DNA of 64,000 nt from an uncultured Alphaproteobacteria bacterium (GCA_913041535.1 CAJWJK010000005.1:8984-72983); one strand, 5' to 3'. Shown: positions 41,480-52,142, counted from the first letter of the stretch. Numbers and translations: made by a program. The notes: generated by a model not told the origin, from the sequence alone.

Positions 41480-42154
41480 TTAATACATATTGTTTCGATA
41501 ATCTTCCTCAACTAGCTCGTCTATCTCCTCCCCGCTAATATCGGCAGTTTTAGTTTGTTGAAGGATAGCTCTACCAATGCTAGGAAACGCTGTCTTTTGT
41601 TGAAACTGCGAACTGTCCCATAATTTGGAGCGTCTCAGAGCTTTTGCACAATGTAAAAAAGCTTGATCCACCTTAACAATAATGGCGAGTTTAGGAATTT
41701 TACCATTGACCATCATTGTTTCAAGAATCTCCGAGTCTCGCATAACTTCAGCGCGTCCGTTGATCCGCAGCGTTTCTTCAAGCCCTGGTACAAAAAACAA
41801 CAGCCCAACATTTGCATTATCAATTATATTGCATAGTGTGTCGGCGCGCCTATTGCCCGGACGTTCGGGTATAACGATCGTTTCGTCATCCAGCACTTGA
41901 ACAAAACCCGGAGGATCTCCCCTTGGTGAAACATCCCCACTCCCGTCAGTTCCTGCAGTCCCAATACACAGAAAAGGCGACATAGCGATGAATTTGCGAC
42001 ATAGTGGGTCTAGTCGAGTGAGTTCCTTAGTTATAGCAAGCTCCATAGGCTCACCGACTACATCCCGCAGGGTGTCCTGACTAGTTAGAGGCATGTTTGT
42101 CTTGTTCATTTGATCGCCCATCTTGGAGACAATTAAACGTTGGTACGATACCAA
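41480..42154 (-). CDS. Pyridoxamine 5'-phosphate oxidase-like FMN-binding family protein (MSMEG_1061-like)
   Basis: PNPOx split-barrel fold motifs (IGTAGTDGSGDVSPRGDPPGF, NPRINGRAE-type). It is encoded antisense between ccmB and ccmC. Confidence 0.7.
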   Translation of the reverse strand: MVSYQRLIVSKMGDQMNKTNMPLTSQDTLRDVVGEPMELAITKELTRLDPLCRKFIAMSPFLCIGTAGTDGSGDVSPRGDPPGFVQVLDDETIVIPERPGNRRADTLCNIIDNANVGLLFFVPGLEETLRINGRAEVMRDSEILETMMVNGKIPKLAIIVKVDQAFLHCAKALRRSKLWDSSQFQQKTAFPSIGRAILQQTKTADISGEEIDELVEEDYRNNMY

Positions 42155-42216
42155 CGTCTGTTTAGTGCCACAATGGAAACTTGAAAGTAACTTAACTCAT
42201 ACAGTAAACGTTTATT

Positions 42217-42996
42217 ATGATAATGCGATCACCCAAGACATTGCATCGTTTTGCAAACCCCGCTCGATTCATGAGACTTTCGTCTAGGGCCTTGCCATGG
42301 TGTCTGGTAATGAGTTTTGCATTCTTGTTGGCTGGTCTCTACCTTGGCCTGTTTGTTGCTCCGCCTGATTATCAACAGGGTGAGAGTGCAAGAATCATGT
42401 TTGTGCATGTTCCTGCAGCCTGGCTAGCCTTATTGATTTACGGGGTGATGGCTGTTGCTAGCGCTACAGCGCTTGTATGGCGACATCCACTTGCAGATCT
42501 CATTGCTAAATCGTGCGCGCCAATTGGAGCTGCCTTTACGATAGTGGCACTAGTAACAGGATCTCTCTGGGGAAAGCCCATGTGGGGTACATGGTGGGTC
42601 TGGGATGCCAGATTAACGTCTGTACTGATTCTATTGTTTTTATATTTGGGATATATGGCGTTGTGGCAAGCTCTTGAAAATAGAGAAACGGCATCTAAAG
42701 CGGCCGCAATATTAGCCATTATCGGTGTAATCAACTTGCCAATAATCAAATTCTCGGTTGACTGGTGGAATACTTTGCATCAGCCATCCAGCGTTGTAAA
42801 ACTCTCCGGGTCGACAATTCATAGTTCGATGTTGTGGCCATTATTAATTATGGCTGCAGGATTCTTGATGTTCTTTTTTGTGGTGCTTATCCTTAAGGTA
42901 CAAAGAGAGATCATTGCGAGTAAGGTCCGTGCCAACCAATACTTGAGCTCCACACACAGCCACGAATCATCGCCTCCTGCGGATCGAGATGAATAA
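42217..42996 (+). CDS. ccmC: Heme exporter protein CcmC
   Basis: Carries the Trp-rich WWD motif (WGTWWVWDARLT) and conserved His residues. Confidence 0.85.
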   Translation: MIMRSPKTLHRFANPARFMRLSSRALPWCLVMSFAFLLAGLYLGLFVAPPDYQQGESARIMFVHVPAAWLALLIYGVMAVASATALVWRHPLADLIAKSCAPIGAAFTIVALVTGSLWGKPMWGTWWVWDARLTSVLILLFLYLGYMALWQALENRETASKAAAILAIIGVINLPIIKFSVDWWNTLHQPSSVVKLSGSTIHSSMLWPLLIMAAGFLMFFFVVLILKVQREIIASKVRANQYLSSTHSHESSPPADRDE

Positions 42997-43095
42997 TATC
43001 GAAAATATTCCACTGCATACCTGCTTCTGTAATGTGTCACAGATTTTAACCAGTATAGAATTAGGGGGTATTACTAGAATCGCTGGGAGGAAGGT

Positions 43096-43317
43096 TTGGA
43101 CTTAGATTCAATACTTATCTATATCGATATGGGAGGGTTTTCAGCCTACGTATGGCCTGCTTATGGTGCTTGTGCGGGTATTATGATTTGGCTGATCGTT
43201 GCTAGTTATATCAGACTACTGCGTGAGAAACGCATGCTCGCGAAATTCGGTTCAAGGCGGACATCTGTTGAGAAGGTCTCGGACATCGATCGCGCAGAGG
43301 CACATGATGACGCGTAA
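43096..43317 (+). CDS. ccmD: Heme exporter protein CcmD (small single-TM protein)
   Basis: A short ORF with one TM helix (AYVWPAYGACAGIMIWLIV) between ccmC and ccmE. The real start may be the internal Met at ~43132. Confidence 0.6.
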   Translation: MDLDSILIYIDMGGFSAYVWPAYGACAGIMIWLIVASYIRLLREKRMLAKFGSRRTSVEKVSDIDRAEAHDDA

Positions 43318-43750
43318 AAACCGTCGTTTGATTTTTCTTCTTGCTGGTTTTTCTGCGCTTACAATTGCGGCAGTGCTCGTGCTTAGCGCATTTGAAGAAA
43401 GTCTGGTTTTCTTTTATTCCCCAACCGACGTAATCGCGCAAGAGTTGCGTTCTGACGTCCCTATTCGATTAGGAGGCTTGGTAGAGGACGGAAGTGTGAG
43501 TAGAGCTTCTGACGGTCTTACAACAACCTTCCAAGTAACTGATATGCGTGAGGTTATCAGCGTTACTTATACTGGGTTGCTGCCAGACTTGTTCAGAGAG
43601 GGGCAAGGAGTGGTCGTAGAAGGTCACCTCGGCACCGATGGTGTGTTTGTGGCCAATGAGGTTTTAGCAAAGCACGACGAGACTTACATGCCCCCCGAAG
43701 TTGCCGACGCTCTCAAGAAGTCAGGCCAATGGAAGGGAACGGTTCCTTGA
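43304..43750 (+). CDS. ccmE: Cytochrome c-type biogenesis heme chaperone CcmE
   Basis: Start taken at MTRKNRRL. It has a TM anchor, an OB fold, and the heme-binding His in the motif LAKHDE. Confidence 0.85.
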   Translation: MMTRKNRRLIFLLAGFSALTIAAVLVLSAFEESLVFFYSPTDVIAQELRSDVPIRLGGLVEDGSVSRASDGLTTTFQVTDMREVISVTYTGLLPDLFREGQGVVVEGHLGTDGVFVANEVLAKHDETYMPPEVADALKKSGQWKGTVP

Positions 43751-45741
43751 TTGGAGAGATAGGCCTATACGCTCTGATCCTTGCCCTCGTATTTTCCTTG
43801 GTTCAAGGGACGTTGCCAATGGTTGGAACTCATTACGGAGTCGGGGCCTGGATTGCAGTAGCTCGTCCGGCAGCACTTGGACAGTTTATATTTATTACAC
43901 TCGCATTCTCTATGCTAATGCTCGGATATATCGTTTCAGATTTTTCCATTGAGAATGTTGCCCTGAATTCACATACAGATAAGCCCATGCTCTATAAGAT
44001 CAGCGGAGTTTGGGGTAATCATGAAGGCTCACTAATTTTATGGATATTCATTCTCGCGTTGTTTGGGCTTTCTGTTGCGCTATTTGGCAGCAATTTGCCA
44101 CCCACATTGCGAGCTCGCGTGTTGGCAGTTCAAGGTCTGATCTCTTTCGGTTTTTTGCTTTTTACGATTACTACGTCCAATCCGTTTACTCTCCTTAACC
44201 CTCCTCCATTGCAAGGACTAGGGCTTAATCCATTATTACAGGATCCTGGCCTGGCCTTTCACCCTCCCTTTCTCTACCTAGGTTACGTAGGGTTCTCGAT
44301 GGCTTTTTCTTTTGCTATTGCAGCTCTAATTGAAGGGCGAGTGGAACCAGCCTGGGCCCGATGGGTAAGGCCATGGACATTGGCTGCGTGGTGCTCACTG
44401 ACTGTGGGAATCGCTCTTGGGAGTTGGTGGGCATACTATGAACTCGGCTGGGGCGGTTGGTGGTTCTGGGATCCAGTGGAGAATGCATCCTTTATGCCAT
44501 GGCTTGCTGGGACCGCACTTTTACACTCTGCAATTGTGGTGGAGAAACGGGATGCGCTGAAAAGCTGGACCGTGCTGCTTGCAATTTTGACGTTCTCCCT
44601 GAGCCTATTAGGTGCATTTCTTGTACGCTCAGGGGTTCTTACGTCGGTTCACGCATTTGCTACAGATCCACAAAGAGGCGTGTTCATTCTTGCACTATTG
44701 GTCATCGTGATTGGAGGGTCTCTCGTACTATATGCTTGGCGGGCCCCGGCTTTAAAAAGTGGTGGATATTTTTCACCTTTAAGCCGTGAGGGCGGTTTGA
44801 TTTTGAATAATCTGTTGTTGATCACAGCATGCGCAACCGTACTTATTGGTACACTTTACCCGCTTTTTCTTGATGTTATAACAGGCGGCGAATCCAAGGT
44901 ATCAGTGGGGCCGCCTTATTTTACAAACACGTTCATTCCTATAATGTTGCCATTGGTCGTTGCTGTTGCCATTGGTCCGATGCTTTCCTGGAAGCGTGCC
45001 GATTTATACGGTGCTCTAAGCCGATTGCGGTTGGCGCTAGCCGTGGCGTTATTGGTAGTGATTATTGGTTGGTACACAATCGAAAACGGGTCCTTTCTGT
45101 CTTTGTGCGGACTATCGCTAGCTGCATGGTTATTTGTGGGGGCCCTGGTCGACCTCGGCGAAAGACTCAAGATCGGCCGCGTCGGATTGGGAGCCGTTTG
45201 GCGCCGCGTAATTGCACAGCCACGCGCTACCTACGGTATGACTGCTGCCCATATGGGGCTTGCCCTCACGATTTTTGGAATTGTCGCTTCGACCAGCTGG
45301 GAGACAGAGAGATTGCAAGTAATGCGGCCAGGTCAAACAGCAGATATTGCAGGATATGCTCTTCTTTTCGTTGGGGTGAAGGACGTTGGCGGGCCCAACT
45401 ATAATTCAGTTCGCGCAACGTTTGAGGTCAGTCGTGAAGGTGCCTACATCGCTACGCTTCAACCTGAAGTGCGCACGTTCACAGATCCACCCATGCAAAC
45501 CACAGAAGCAGCAATTCGCCCCACCATTACTGCGGATTTATATGCTGTGGTTGGTGATCCGGATGGTCAGGGTGGATGGGCAACAAGAATATACCATAAA
45601 CCCTTCGTACACTGGATTTGGTTTGGTGCAGCCGTTATGGCGGGCGGTGGGCTGATCTCATTGTCAGATAAGAGATTGCGGGTCGGAGCGCCGGGTCGTC
45701 GAAAGTTTAATCGTCGACGCGCCAAAGTTACAGCAGCGTGA
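43729..45741 (+). CDS. ccmF: Cytochrome c-type biogenesis protein CcmF (heme lyase subunit)
   Basis: 670 aa, multi-TM, with the WWD motif WGGWWFWDPVEN. Confidence 0.9.
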   Translation: MEGNGSLIGEIGLYALILALVFSLVQGTLPMVGTHYGVGAWIAVARPAALGQFIFITLAFSMLMLGYIVSDFSIENVALNSHTDKPMLYKISGVWGNHEGSLILWIFILALFGLSVALFGSNLPPTLRARVLAVQGLISFGFLLFTITTSNPFTLLNPPPLQGLGLNPLLQDPGLAFHPPFLYLGYVGFSMAFSFAIAALIEGRVEPAWARWVRPWTLAAWCSLTVGIALGSWWAYYELGWGGWWFWDPVENASFMPWLAGTALLHSAIVVEKRDALKSWTVLLAILTFSLSLLGAFLVRSGVLTSVHAFATDPQRGVFILALLVIVIGGSLVLYAWRAPALKSGGYFSPLSREGGLILNNLLLITACATVLIGTLYPLFLDVITGGESKVSVGPPYFTNTFIPIMLPLVVAVAIGPMLSWKRADLYGALSRLRLALAVALLVVIIGWYTIENGSFLSLCGLSLAAWLFVGALVDLGERLKIGRVGLGAVWRRVIAQPRATYGMTAAHMGLALTIFGIVASTSWETERLQVMRPGQTADIAGYALLFVGVKDVGGPNYNSVRATFEVSREGAYIATLQPEVRTFTDPPMQTTEAAIRPTITADLYAVVGDPDGQGGWATRIYHKPFVHWIWFGAAVMAGGGLISLSDKRLRVGAPGRRKFNRRRAKVTAA

Positions 45742-46274
45742 ATAAAGTGTCGATGCGTTACTTGTTACCTCTGGGGGTATTTGTGGTTGTTGCCGCAGCA
45801 CTGGGGATCGGATTGACGATGGATCCGCGAGTGCTTCCTTCTGCATTAAAAGGCAAAGAGATTCCAGATTTTTCATTACAAGCTGTCCAGGGTCGTGAGC
45901 TAGGATTGTCCAGTGCAAATTTGCGGCAGGGAACTGTGAGCGTTGTCAATATCTTTGCGTCTTGGTGTGGTCCCTGCCGTGTTGAGCATCCATATATTAC
46001 GGAGCTGCGAAACCTTGGGATAGTCGTATACGGAATTAACTACAAAGACCATCCCGATCACGCTGAAGAGTGGCTTAATATTCATGGTGATCCTTACGTC
46101 CGTACTGGGGCCGACTTAAATGGGAGGGTGAGTATCGATTGGGGCGTCTATGGGTTGCCTGAGACATATGTTGTGGATGGTGGTGGCCACGTCATAGAAA
46201 AACACATTGGCCCTCTTATGCCTGATGATATTCGAAGCAAGATTCTTCCTGCCATCCAGCGAGCAATGAAATGA
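45738..46274 (+). CDS. ccmG: Thiol:disulfide interchange protein CcmG/DsbE
   Basis: Thioredoxin-fold motif WCGPC; N-terminal membrane anchor. Confidence 0.85.
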   Translation: MNKVSMRYLLPLGVFVVVAAALGIGLTMDPRVLPSALKGKEIPDFSLQAVQGRELGLSSANLRQGTVSVVNIFASWCGPCRVEHPYITELRNLGIVVYGINYKDHPDHAEEWLNIHGDPYVRTGADLNGRVSIDWGVYGLPETYVVDGGGHVIEKHIGPLMPDDIRSKILPAIQRAMK

Positions 46275-46741
46275 GTTTTTTTCGCACCATCTGCTTATGT
46301 ATAGGCCTGTTTGTCTTTGTGCCTTCGGCCCTGTCATTGGCTGTAGACGAGCCTTTGCTAAACCCAGCATTAGAAGCACGTGCACGCGCATTACATAAAA
46401 CTCTGAGGTGTCTCGTATGCCAGAACCAATCAATCGAGGATTCTGATGCCGGCCTGGCGCGTGACTTAAGAAGGGTTGTTCGAGAGAGGATACTTGCTGG
46501 GGATAGTGACGACCAGGTGATTGACTACATTGTTATCCGTTATGGGGATTGGGTGCTTCTACGTCCACCGTTTAAGGCATCCACATACGCCTTATGGTTT
46601 GGTCCATTTCTAGTATTGGGTTTTGGTGCCATTGGGTTGGTAATTATCAATAGACGCCGTTCAGTGAAGACTTCCCCCACGCCACTTGACGATCAAGAGC
46701 GCGAAAGTCTTGATCGTCTTCTAGAAGACGAAAAACTGTAG
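46271..46741 (+). CDS. ccmH: Cytochrome c-type biogenesis protein CcmH (CycL)
   Basis: LRCLVCQNQS (LRCxxC) motif and a C-terminal TM helix. Confidence 0.8.
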   Translation: MSFFRTICLCIGLFVFVPSALSLAVDEPLLNPALEARARALHKTLRCLVCQNQSIEDSDAGLARDLRRVVRERILAGDSDDQVIDYIVIRYGDWVLLRPPFKASTYALWFGPFLVLGFGAIGLVIINRRRSVKTSPTPLDDQERESLDRLLEDEKL

Positions 46742-48396
46742 TGGCGCTTTGGGCTTTAATAGTAACGATGACCGTTATTGCGGTAATCATAGTTTTTTTG
46801 CCAATTGCGTTTGGATACTGGCGATTGCAGTCCCGAGATGGTTATGATTTGGCTGTTTACCGTGATCAGCTTAGAGAGCTGAGCGCGGATATTGACAGGG
46901 GTGTTCTTTCAGAAGATGAAGTTTCTGCGGCGCGTCTTGAAGTACAAAGGCGTATTCTAAGAAGTGATGCAAAACAGAATAAGGTGTCTCACGCATCCAA
47001 CCCATTTTCGACTCTTAAACTAGCAGTTGTGCTCGCAATCTTTATTCCTTTTTCGGCTCTGGGTCTCTATTTGTGGTGGAATACCCCTAAACTTTTATTG
47101 GAGGACCCTTCTTCTCATGCAGAGGCATTAAGCGCATCTCCATTATCTGACTCAGATCTAGAAACTTCCATTGATCAGTTAGCAATACGGTTACAGAGAG
47201 AGCCTGGTGATTTGGAGGGATGGGCGCTTCTTGGCCGCTCGTACATGGCGCTTGGGCGTTACTCGGAAGCCGTGGAGGCTTTCCAACGGGGAGTATCAAT
47301 TCTACCAGACAATTCAACATTATTGGGTGCGCTAGGCGAGGCGATGGTGTTAAGCGCAGGCGGTTACGTAACTCCGGCTGCACTCGAGATCATGAGCGCA
47401 GCTGTCGCAATAAACCCGATAGAGCCGGCAAGCTTATATTACTTAGGTGTTGCAAAACTTCAGTCTGGTGATGAGCGTGGGGCTTTTGATCTGTGGCTTC
47501 GTCTGGCACGTAATACACCTAGTGATACGCCTTGGCTAAACGAAGTTATGGGTCGTCTTCAGGATGTTGCTGTCTCGCTTAACATTAATCTATCTAGTTA
47601 TCTTCCGTCTAAAACGCAAGATCTGGCTCGTGTGGATATGGTCACAACAGTTCCGTTGGGAGAAGAGGAATTAGCTGCAGCCGCTGAAATGACAGCTGAA
47701 CAACGGAGGGAGATGATCGAGGGTATGGTCGAGCAGTTGGCAGCGCGGCTTGAGAACGATTCTTCCGATAAGGCGGGTTGGCAACGTCTGATTCGATCGT
47801 ATGAGGTTCTTGGTAAAACTGCCGAAGCGGCTTGGGCCCGTAAGAAATTGGATGACCTGAATGAAACTGGGCCTGACACGGTGTCCGATAATGCGACTTT
47901 AAGATCTGACGGTGTAAATCGGTTGGCCTCTCAATCAAGAGAAACTGCCAACGTCAGTCCTGTGGTTCGCAAAATGGTTGACGATCTTGCGGATCGACTT
48001 GCTTCCGATGCAACTGATGTCCAAGGTTGGTTACGTCTTTCACGATCTTATGAAGTTTTGGGCGACTTAGAGGCCGCTCAGAGTGCAATGCGCCGTGCGG
48101 CCAAACTCAGGCCAAGCGATATCATTATACAATCGCGCTTTGCAGCCATGTTGATTCAATCGGGGAAGCTAAACGGGCCTATTCCCTCTGAAGCGCTTGA
48201 AATTTTTGAACGTATTCTTGAAATCAATCCCAAACATGCAGATTCTTTATTTTTTACGGGTCTTTCCGCAGCGCGTAGTGGTCAACGTGAAGAAGCCATT
48301 GCTACCTGGTCAAAGTTGCTTGATTATCTTGATCCTGACAGTCGTGCATTTACGGAGATAGTGCGTCGGATTGAGGAGCTAAGAGTGTTGGAGTAG
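46741..48396 (+). CDS. ccmI: Cytochrome c-type biogenesis protein CcmI/CycH, with a triplicated TPR-like module
   Basis: Two N-terminal TM helices, then three recognisable copies of about 45 aa: (IDQLAIRLQREPGDLEGWALLGRSY…, VEQLAARLENDSSDKAGWQRLIRSY…, VDDLADRLASDATDVQGWLRLSRSY…). The GTG start overlaps the ccmH stop. Confidence 0.75.
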   Translation: MALWALIVTMTVIAVIIVFLPIAFGYWRLQSRDGYDLAVYRDQLRELSADIDRGVLSEDEVSAARLEVQRRILRSDAKQNKVSHASNPFSTLKLAVVLAIFIPFSALGLYLWWNTPKLLLEDPSSHAEALSASPLSDSDLETSIDQLAIRLQREPGDLEGWALLGRSYMALGRYSEAVEAFQRGVSILPDNSTLLGALGEAMVLSAGGYVTPAALEIMSAAVAINPIEPASLYYLGVAKLQSGDERGAFDLWLRLARNTPSDTPWLNEVMGRLQDVAVSLNINLSSYLPSKTQDLARVDMVTTVPLGEEELAAAAEMTAEQRREMIEGMVEQLAARLENDSSDKAGWQRLIRSYEVLGKTAEAAWARKKLDDLNETGPDTVSDNATLRSDGVNRLASQSRETANVSPVVRKMVDDLADRLASDATDVQGWLRLSRSYEVLGDLEAAQSAMRRAAKLRPSDIIIQSRFAAMLIQSGKLNGPIPSEALEIFERILEINPKHADSLFFTGLSAARSGQREEAIATWSKLLDYLDPDSRAFTEIVRRIEELRVLE

Positions 48397-48497
48397 GTAA
48401 TAATAGGTTTCACAGTTGCAGTGTGGGGCAGCCTATAATAAAGAGTTAAATTTTTTTCCGTCCTACGGCGCAAAAATAGGTATCAACGGCAACTATC

Positions 48498-49679
48498 ATG
48501 AATATTCACGAATACCAGGCAAAACAGGTGTTGGCTAGTTTCGGCGTGCCAGTCCCTAAAGGTAAAGTCGCTTGTTCGATTGAGCAGGTTGATGAGGCTG
48601 TATCGAGCGTTTCTGGTCCAGTTTGGGTCGTTAAAGCACAGATTCATTCTGGTGGTCGTGGCAAAGGTGGTGGCGTGAAAGTCGTTCACTCTGTCTCAGA
48701 GGCTGAATCACTGGCTCGGAAAATGTTAGGGATGAGTTTAGTGACCGATCAGACTGGGCCTGAAGGGAAGACGGTTGCTCGTGTGTATATCGAGGAAGGC
48801 TGTGAGATATCCCGTGAATTGTATTTTGGTCTTCTTATCGATCGTGAAACAGGGTGGCCCACTATAATGGCATCAACTGAAGGTGGTGTTGAGATTGAAG
48901 CAGTAGCAAAGTCGTCTCCCGAAAGAATTTTAACGATAGCTATTGACCCTACGATTGGCCTGCAACCCTTTCATGTTCGGAAATTAGCGTTCGGATTGGG
49001 GCTAGAGCCCTCTCTTCTCCGAGAATTCGGAGAGCTAGCAACGCACGCATACCATGCATTTATTGAGTGTGATGCAAGTTTGCTGGAAATTAATCCTTTA
49101 GTGGTGACCGTTGATAACCGTATCGTTGCACTTGATGCAAAAATGAACTTTGACGATAACGCGCTTTTTCGTCATCAAGAGATTGAGGAATTACGCGACG
49201 AAAGTGAAGAGGATGAAGCAGAGCGAGCTGCGGCCAAACAGCAACTAAATTACATTCGTCTGAATGGTAATATTGGCTGTCTTGTAAATGGTGCTGGGTT
49301 GGCTATGGCGACAATGGATATTATCAAACTGTATGGTGGTGAACCAGCAAACTTTCTTGATGTTGGTGGCGGAGCCACCGCGGAGAGGGTTACCGCGGCA
49401 TTTAAAATTATTCTTGCTGACCAAAACGTGGATGCAATTTTGGTTAATATCTTTGGTGGAATCATGCGTTGTGATGTGATTGCTGAAGGGATCATCGCTG
49501 CCGCTCGCGAAATTAAGTTCCAGGTTCCTCTCGTTGTACGCCTTGAAGGGACCAATGTTGCCAGTGGTCAGAAAATGCTTTCTGAATCGGGTTTAGCTAT
49601 CATCGCTGCGGAGACTTTGGGCGATGCTGCGGAGAGGGTGGTTGCAGAGGCACGAGAAAAAGCAAGGTTGGACACGTGA
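48498..49679 (+). CDS. sucC: Succinyl-CoA synthetase beta subunit
   Basis: Begins [22 protein letters not shown]; ATP-grasp fold. Confidence 0.95.
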   Translation: MNIHEYQAKQVLASFGVPVPKGKVACSIEQVDEAVSSVSGPVWVVKAQIHSGGRGKGGGVKVVHSVSEAESLARKMLGMSLVTDQTGPEGKTVARVYIEEGCEISRELYFGLLIDRETGWPTIMASTEGGVEIEAVAKSSPERILTIAIDPTIGLQPFHVRKLAFGLGLEPSLLREFGELATHAYHAFIECDASLLEINPLVVTVDNRIVALDAKMNFDDNALFRHQEIEELRDESEEDEAERAAAKQQLNYIRLNGNIGCLVNGAGLAMATMDIIKLYGGEPANFLDVGGGATAERVTAAFKIILADQNVDAILVNIFGGIMRCDVIAEGIIAAAREIKFQVPLVVRLEGTNVASGQKMLSESGLAIIAAETLGDAAERVVAEAREKARLDT

Positions 49680-50563
49680 TGTCAGTGCTGGTTGATAAAA
49701 ATACTAGAGTGCTGTGCCAGGGATTTACTGGTTCACAGGGTACATTCCATTCGGAGCAAGCGCTAGCTTATGGGACTTGCGTGATGGGCGGCGTTACTCC
49801 TGGAAAGGGTGGTAGCATTCACCTGGGATTGCCTGTTTTTGATACGATGGATCAAGCGGTTAACGAGACGAATGCTAATGCATCAATGATCTTTGTGCCT
49901 CCCGTTTTTGCTGCTGATGCGATTCTAGAAGCTGCCGATGCCGGAATAAAGTTAGTTGTCTGCATAACGGAAGGTATTCCGGTGCTCGACATGATGAGAG
50001 TTAAGCGAGTTCTTGCGGGGTCTCCCACACGTTTAATCGGCCCAAACTGCCCTGGCTTAATCACACCGGACGAGTGCAAAATCGGAATTATGCCAGGTCA
50101 TATACATAAACGTGGTCGTGTCGGTATCGTATCTCGATCTGGAACTCTCACGTATGAAGCTGTTGCTCAGACCACGGCAGTGAATCTTGGTCAAACCACG
50201 TGCATTGGTATCGGTGGCGATCCAATAAGCGGAACTGATTTCGTAGATTGCATAGAGTTATTTCTGGCGGATGATGATACTGAGGCCATCGTTATGATTG
50301 GAGAGATTGGAGGCAATGCGGAAGAAGATGCTGCAACTTTCCTGAGTGGCGAGAAGCGGAAAAAACCAGTTGTAGGTTTTGTTGCAGGCCGTACAGCGCC
50401 TCCTGGACGACGGATGGGTCATGCAGGAGCAATCATTTCTGGAGGCAGTGGAGGCGCAGAGGCAAAGATTGATGCGATGCGAGAAGCAGGTGTGACGGTT
50501 TGTGATTCTCCGGCAATGATCGGCTCTACCATTTTGGATGCTTTGTCAGGGAAGATTTCCTAG
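49676..50563 (+). CDS. sucD: Succinyl-CoA synthetase alpha subunit
   Basis: CoA-binding region, a phospho-His motif region (IGIGGDP) and SRSGTLTYE. The ATGA overlap with sucC indicates translational coupling. Confidence 0.95.
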   Translation: MMSVLVDKNTRVLCQGFTGSQGTFHSEQALAYGTCVMGGVTPGKGGSIHLGLPVFDTMDQAVNETNANASMIFVPPVFAADAILEAADAGIKLVVCITEGIPVLDMMRVKRVLAGSPTRLIGPNCPGLITPDECKIGIMPGHIHKRGRVGIVSRSGTLTYEAVAQTTAVNLGQTTCIGIGGDPISGTDFVDCIELFLADDDTEAIVMIGEIGGNAEEDAATFLSGEKRKKPVVGFVAGRTAPPGRRMGHAGAIISGGSGGAEAKIDAMREAGVTVCDSPAMIGSTILDALSGKIS

Positions 50564-50702
50564 CAAAGATTTTGAGCTAATAGATGGTTTAGTGCCGACA
50601 ATAAGTGTGGATGTCACAAGAGTTGGTGCTGCAAAATGTATAGTTTAATGGGCGCCTCTTTTAATTTAGTCCAGCGAAGCATAATAAATATAGGGGATTG
50701 AC

Positions 50703-52112
50703 GTGTCGGATTTTTCTTATGATTTAGTGGTGATTGGCGGGGGGCCCGGTGGGTACGTTGCAGCTATTCGTGCCGCACAGCTTGGTATGACCACGGCATG
50801 TGTAGATCTTCGTGGCAGCTTAGGCGGAACGTGTCTAAATGTTGGGTGTATTCCTTCAAAAGCTTTGCTGCAATCGTCGGAACATTACGCAGAAGCATCC
50901 GATGGCCTTGCAAAACATGGCATAAATGTAGGCAATGTTGGATTTAATCTTGATACCATGATGGATCGTAAAAATGAGATAGTGGATAGTTTAACCAAAG
51001 GTGTGGAGTACTTACTGAAAAAAAACCATATTGAACATTTGGTTGGCCGTGGACGAATTGTTGCGAGGGGTGTCGTTGGCGTTACTTTGGCTGACGGGGA
51101 GGAGCTTCTCCTCAAGACCAAGAGGATTGTGTTAGCAACCGGATCAGAGCCATCGGTGATTTCTGGCGTAGAGATTGATAATAGGAACATCGTAACATCT
51201 GAAGGTGCGCTTGATTTGCGTGCCGTTCCGAAAACTCTCGTCGTGATAGGTGGGGGTTATATTGGTTTGGAGCTTGGATCTGTATGGTCGCGGCTCGGTG
51301 CCAAGGTGGTTGTTGTTGAGTTCTGCGACCGCATTGTTCCAGGGATGGATGGCGAAATTGCAACGAATCTTCAGAGGATTCTTCGGAAGCAAGGGTTATC
51401 GTTCAAGCTAGGAAGGAAGGTTAGCTCAGCAATCGTGAAGGATTCTATGGTGGAGGTCTCTCTTGATAAAGTTGGAGATGGTTCTAGCGAACATCTATCG
51501 GCAGATGTGGTTTTGGTTGCTGTTGGGCGGAAGCCATACACATTGGGCTTGGGGTTGGAGGAAGTAGGCCTTAAAACTCAAGATGGCGGTTTCATTGATG
51601 TCAGTGAAAGTTTTGAGACTGAAGTGCCCGGGATCTTTGCGATAGGTGATCTGGTCGCCGGTCCTATGCTGGCTCACAAAGCTGAAGAGGATGGAATGGC
51701 ATGCGTTGAGGCCATGGCAGGGCATCTGAGTCAATTAGATTATAGGAAGGTCCCTGGAGTCATCTACACCGCGCCGGAAGTTGCAGTGGTGGGCCAGACA
51801 GAGGAGGAATTAAAGAAGGAAGGTATTCAATTTAGAGTGGGAAAATTCCCGTTTATGGCTAATGCCCGAAGCAGGGTAATTGGCGCGACCGATGGTTTCG
51901 TGAAAATTCTGGCAGAGGAAAAGACTAAACTTATCAAGGGGGTTCATATGATTGGTCCTGATGCTGGGACAATGATTGGTGAGGCGGTCCTAGCCATAGA
52001 GATGGGAACAAGTGCAGAGGAATTGGCTCGAACGTGTCATGCTCACCCTACGTATGCTGAGGCAATTAAGGAGGCAGCCCTCGCTGTTGGAGGTCGGGCA
52101 ATTCATATATAA
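50703..52112 (+). CDS. lpdA: Dihydrolipoyl dehydrogenase (E3)
   Basis: FAD motif GGGPGGY, the redox-active disulfide GTCLNVGCIPSK, and a C-terminal HAHPT motif. Confidence 0.9.
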   Translation: MSDFSYDLVVIGGGPGGYVAAIRAAQLGMTTACVDLRGSLGGTCLNVGCIPSKALLQSSEHYAEASDGLAKHGINVGNVGFNLDTMMDRKNEIVDSLTKGVEYLLKKNHIEHLVGRGRIVARGVVGVTLADGEELLLKTKRIVLATGSEPSVISGVEIDNRNIVTSEGALDLRAVPKTLVVIGGGYIGLELGSVWSRLGAKVVVVEFCDRIVPGMDGEIATNLQRILRKQGLSFKLGRKVSSAIVKDSMVEVSLDKVGDGSSEHLSADVVLVAVGRKPYTLGLGLEEVGLKTQDGGFIDVSESFETEVPGIFAIGDLVAGPMLAHKAEEDGMACVEAMAGHLSQLDYRKVPGVIYTAPEVAVVGQTEEELKKEGIQFRVGKFPFMANARSRVIGATDGFVKILAEEKTKLIKGVHMIGPDAGTMIGEAVLAIEMGTSAEELARTCHAHPTYAEAIKEAALAVGGRAIHI

Positions 52113-52142
52113 GTTGAGATCGCAAGAAGTTTTGGTTCAGAT

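Noticed and set aside
43096-43317. Possible fusion or mis-call of ccmD with the 5' extension of the ccmE ORF (43199 start)
   Set aside because: The ccmE ORF's first 35 codons overlap ccmD in another frame and lack CcmE homology. The MTRKNRRL start (43304) gives a standard CcmE, so these are two separate genes.
48397-48497. Perfect TATAAT at 48434-48439 upstream of sucC as a promoter
   Set aside because: No acceptable -35 at 16-18 nt spacing (only TTCACA at 19-20 nt or TTGCAG at 12 nt). It is plausible but not supportable without transcription-start data.
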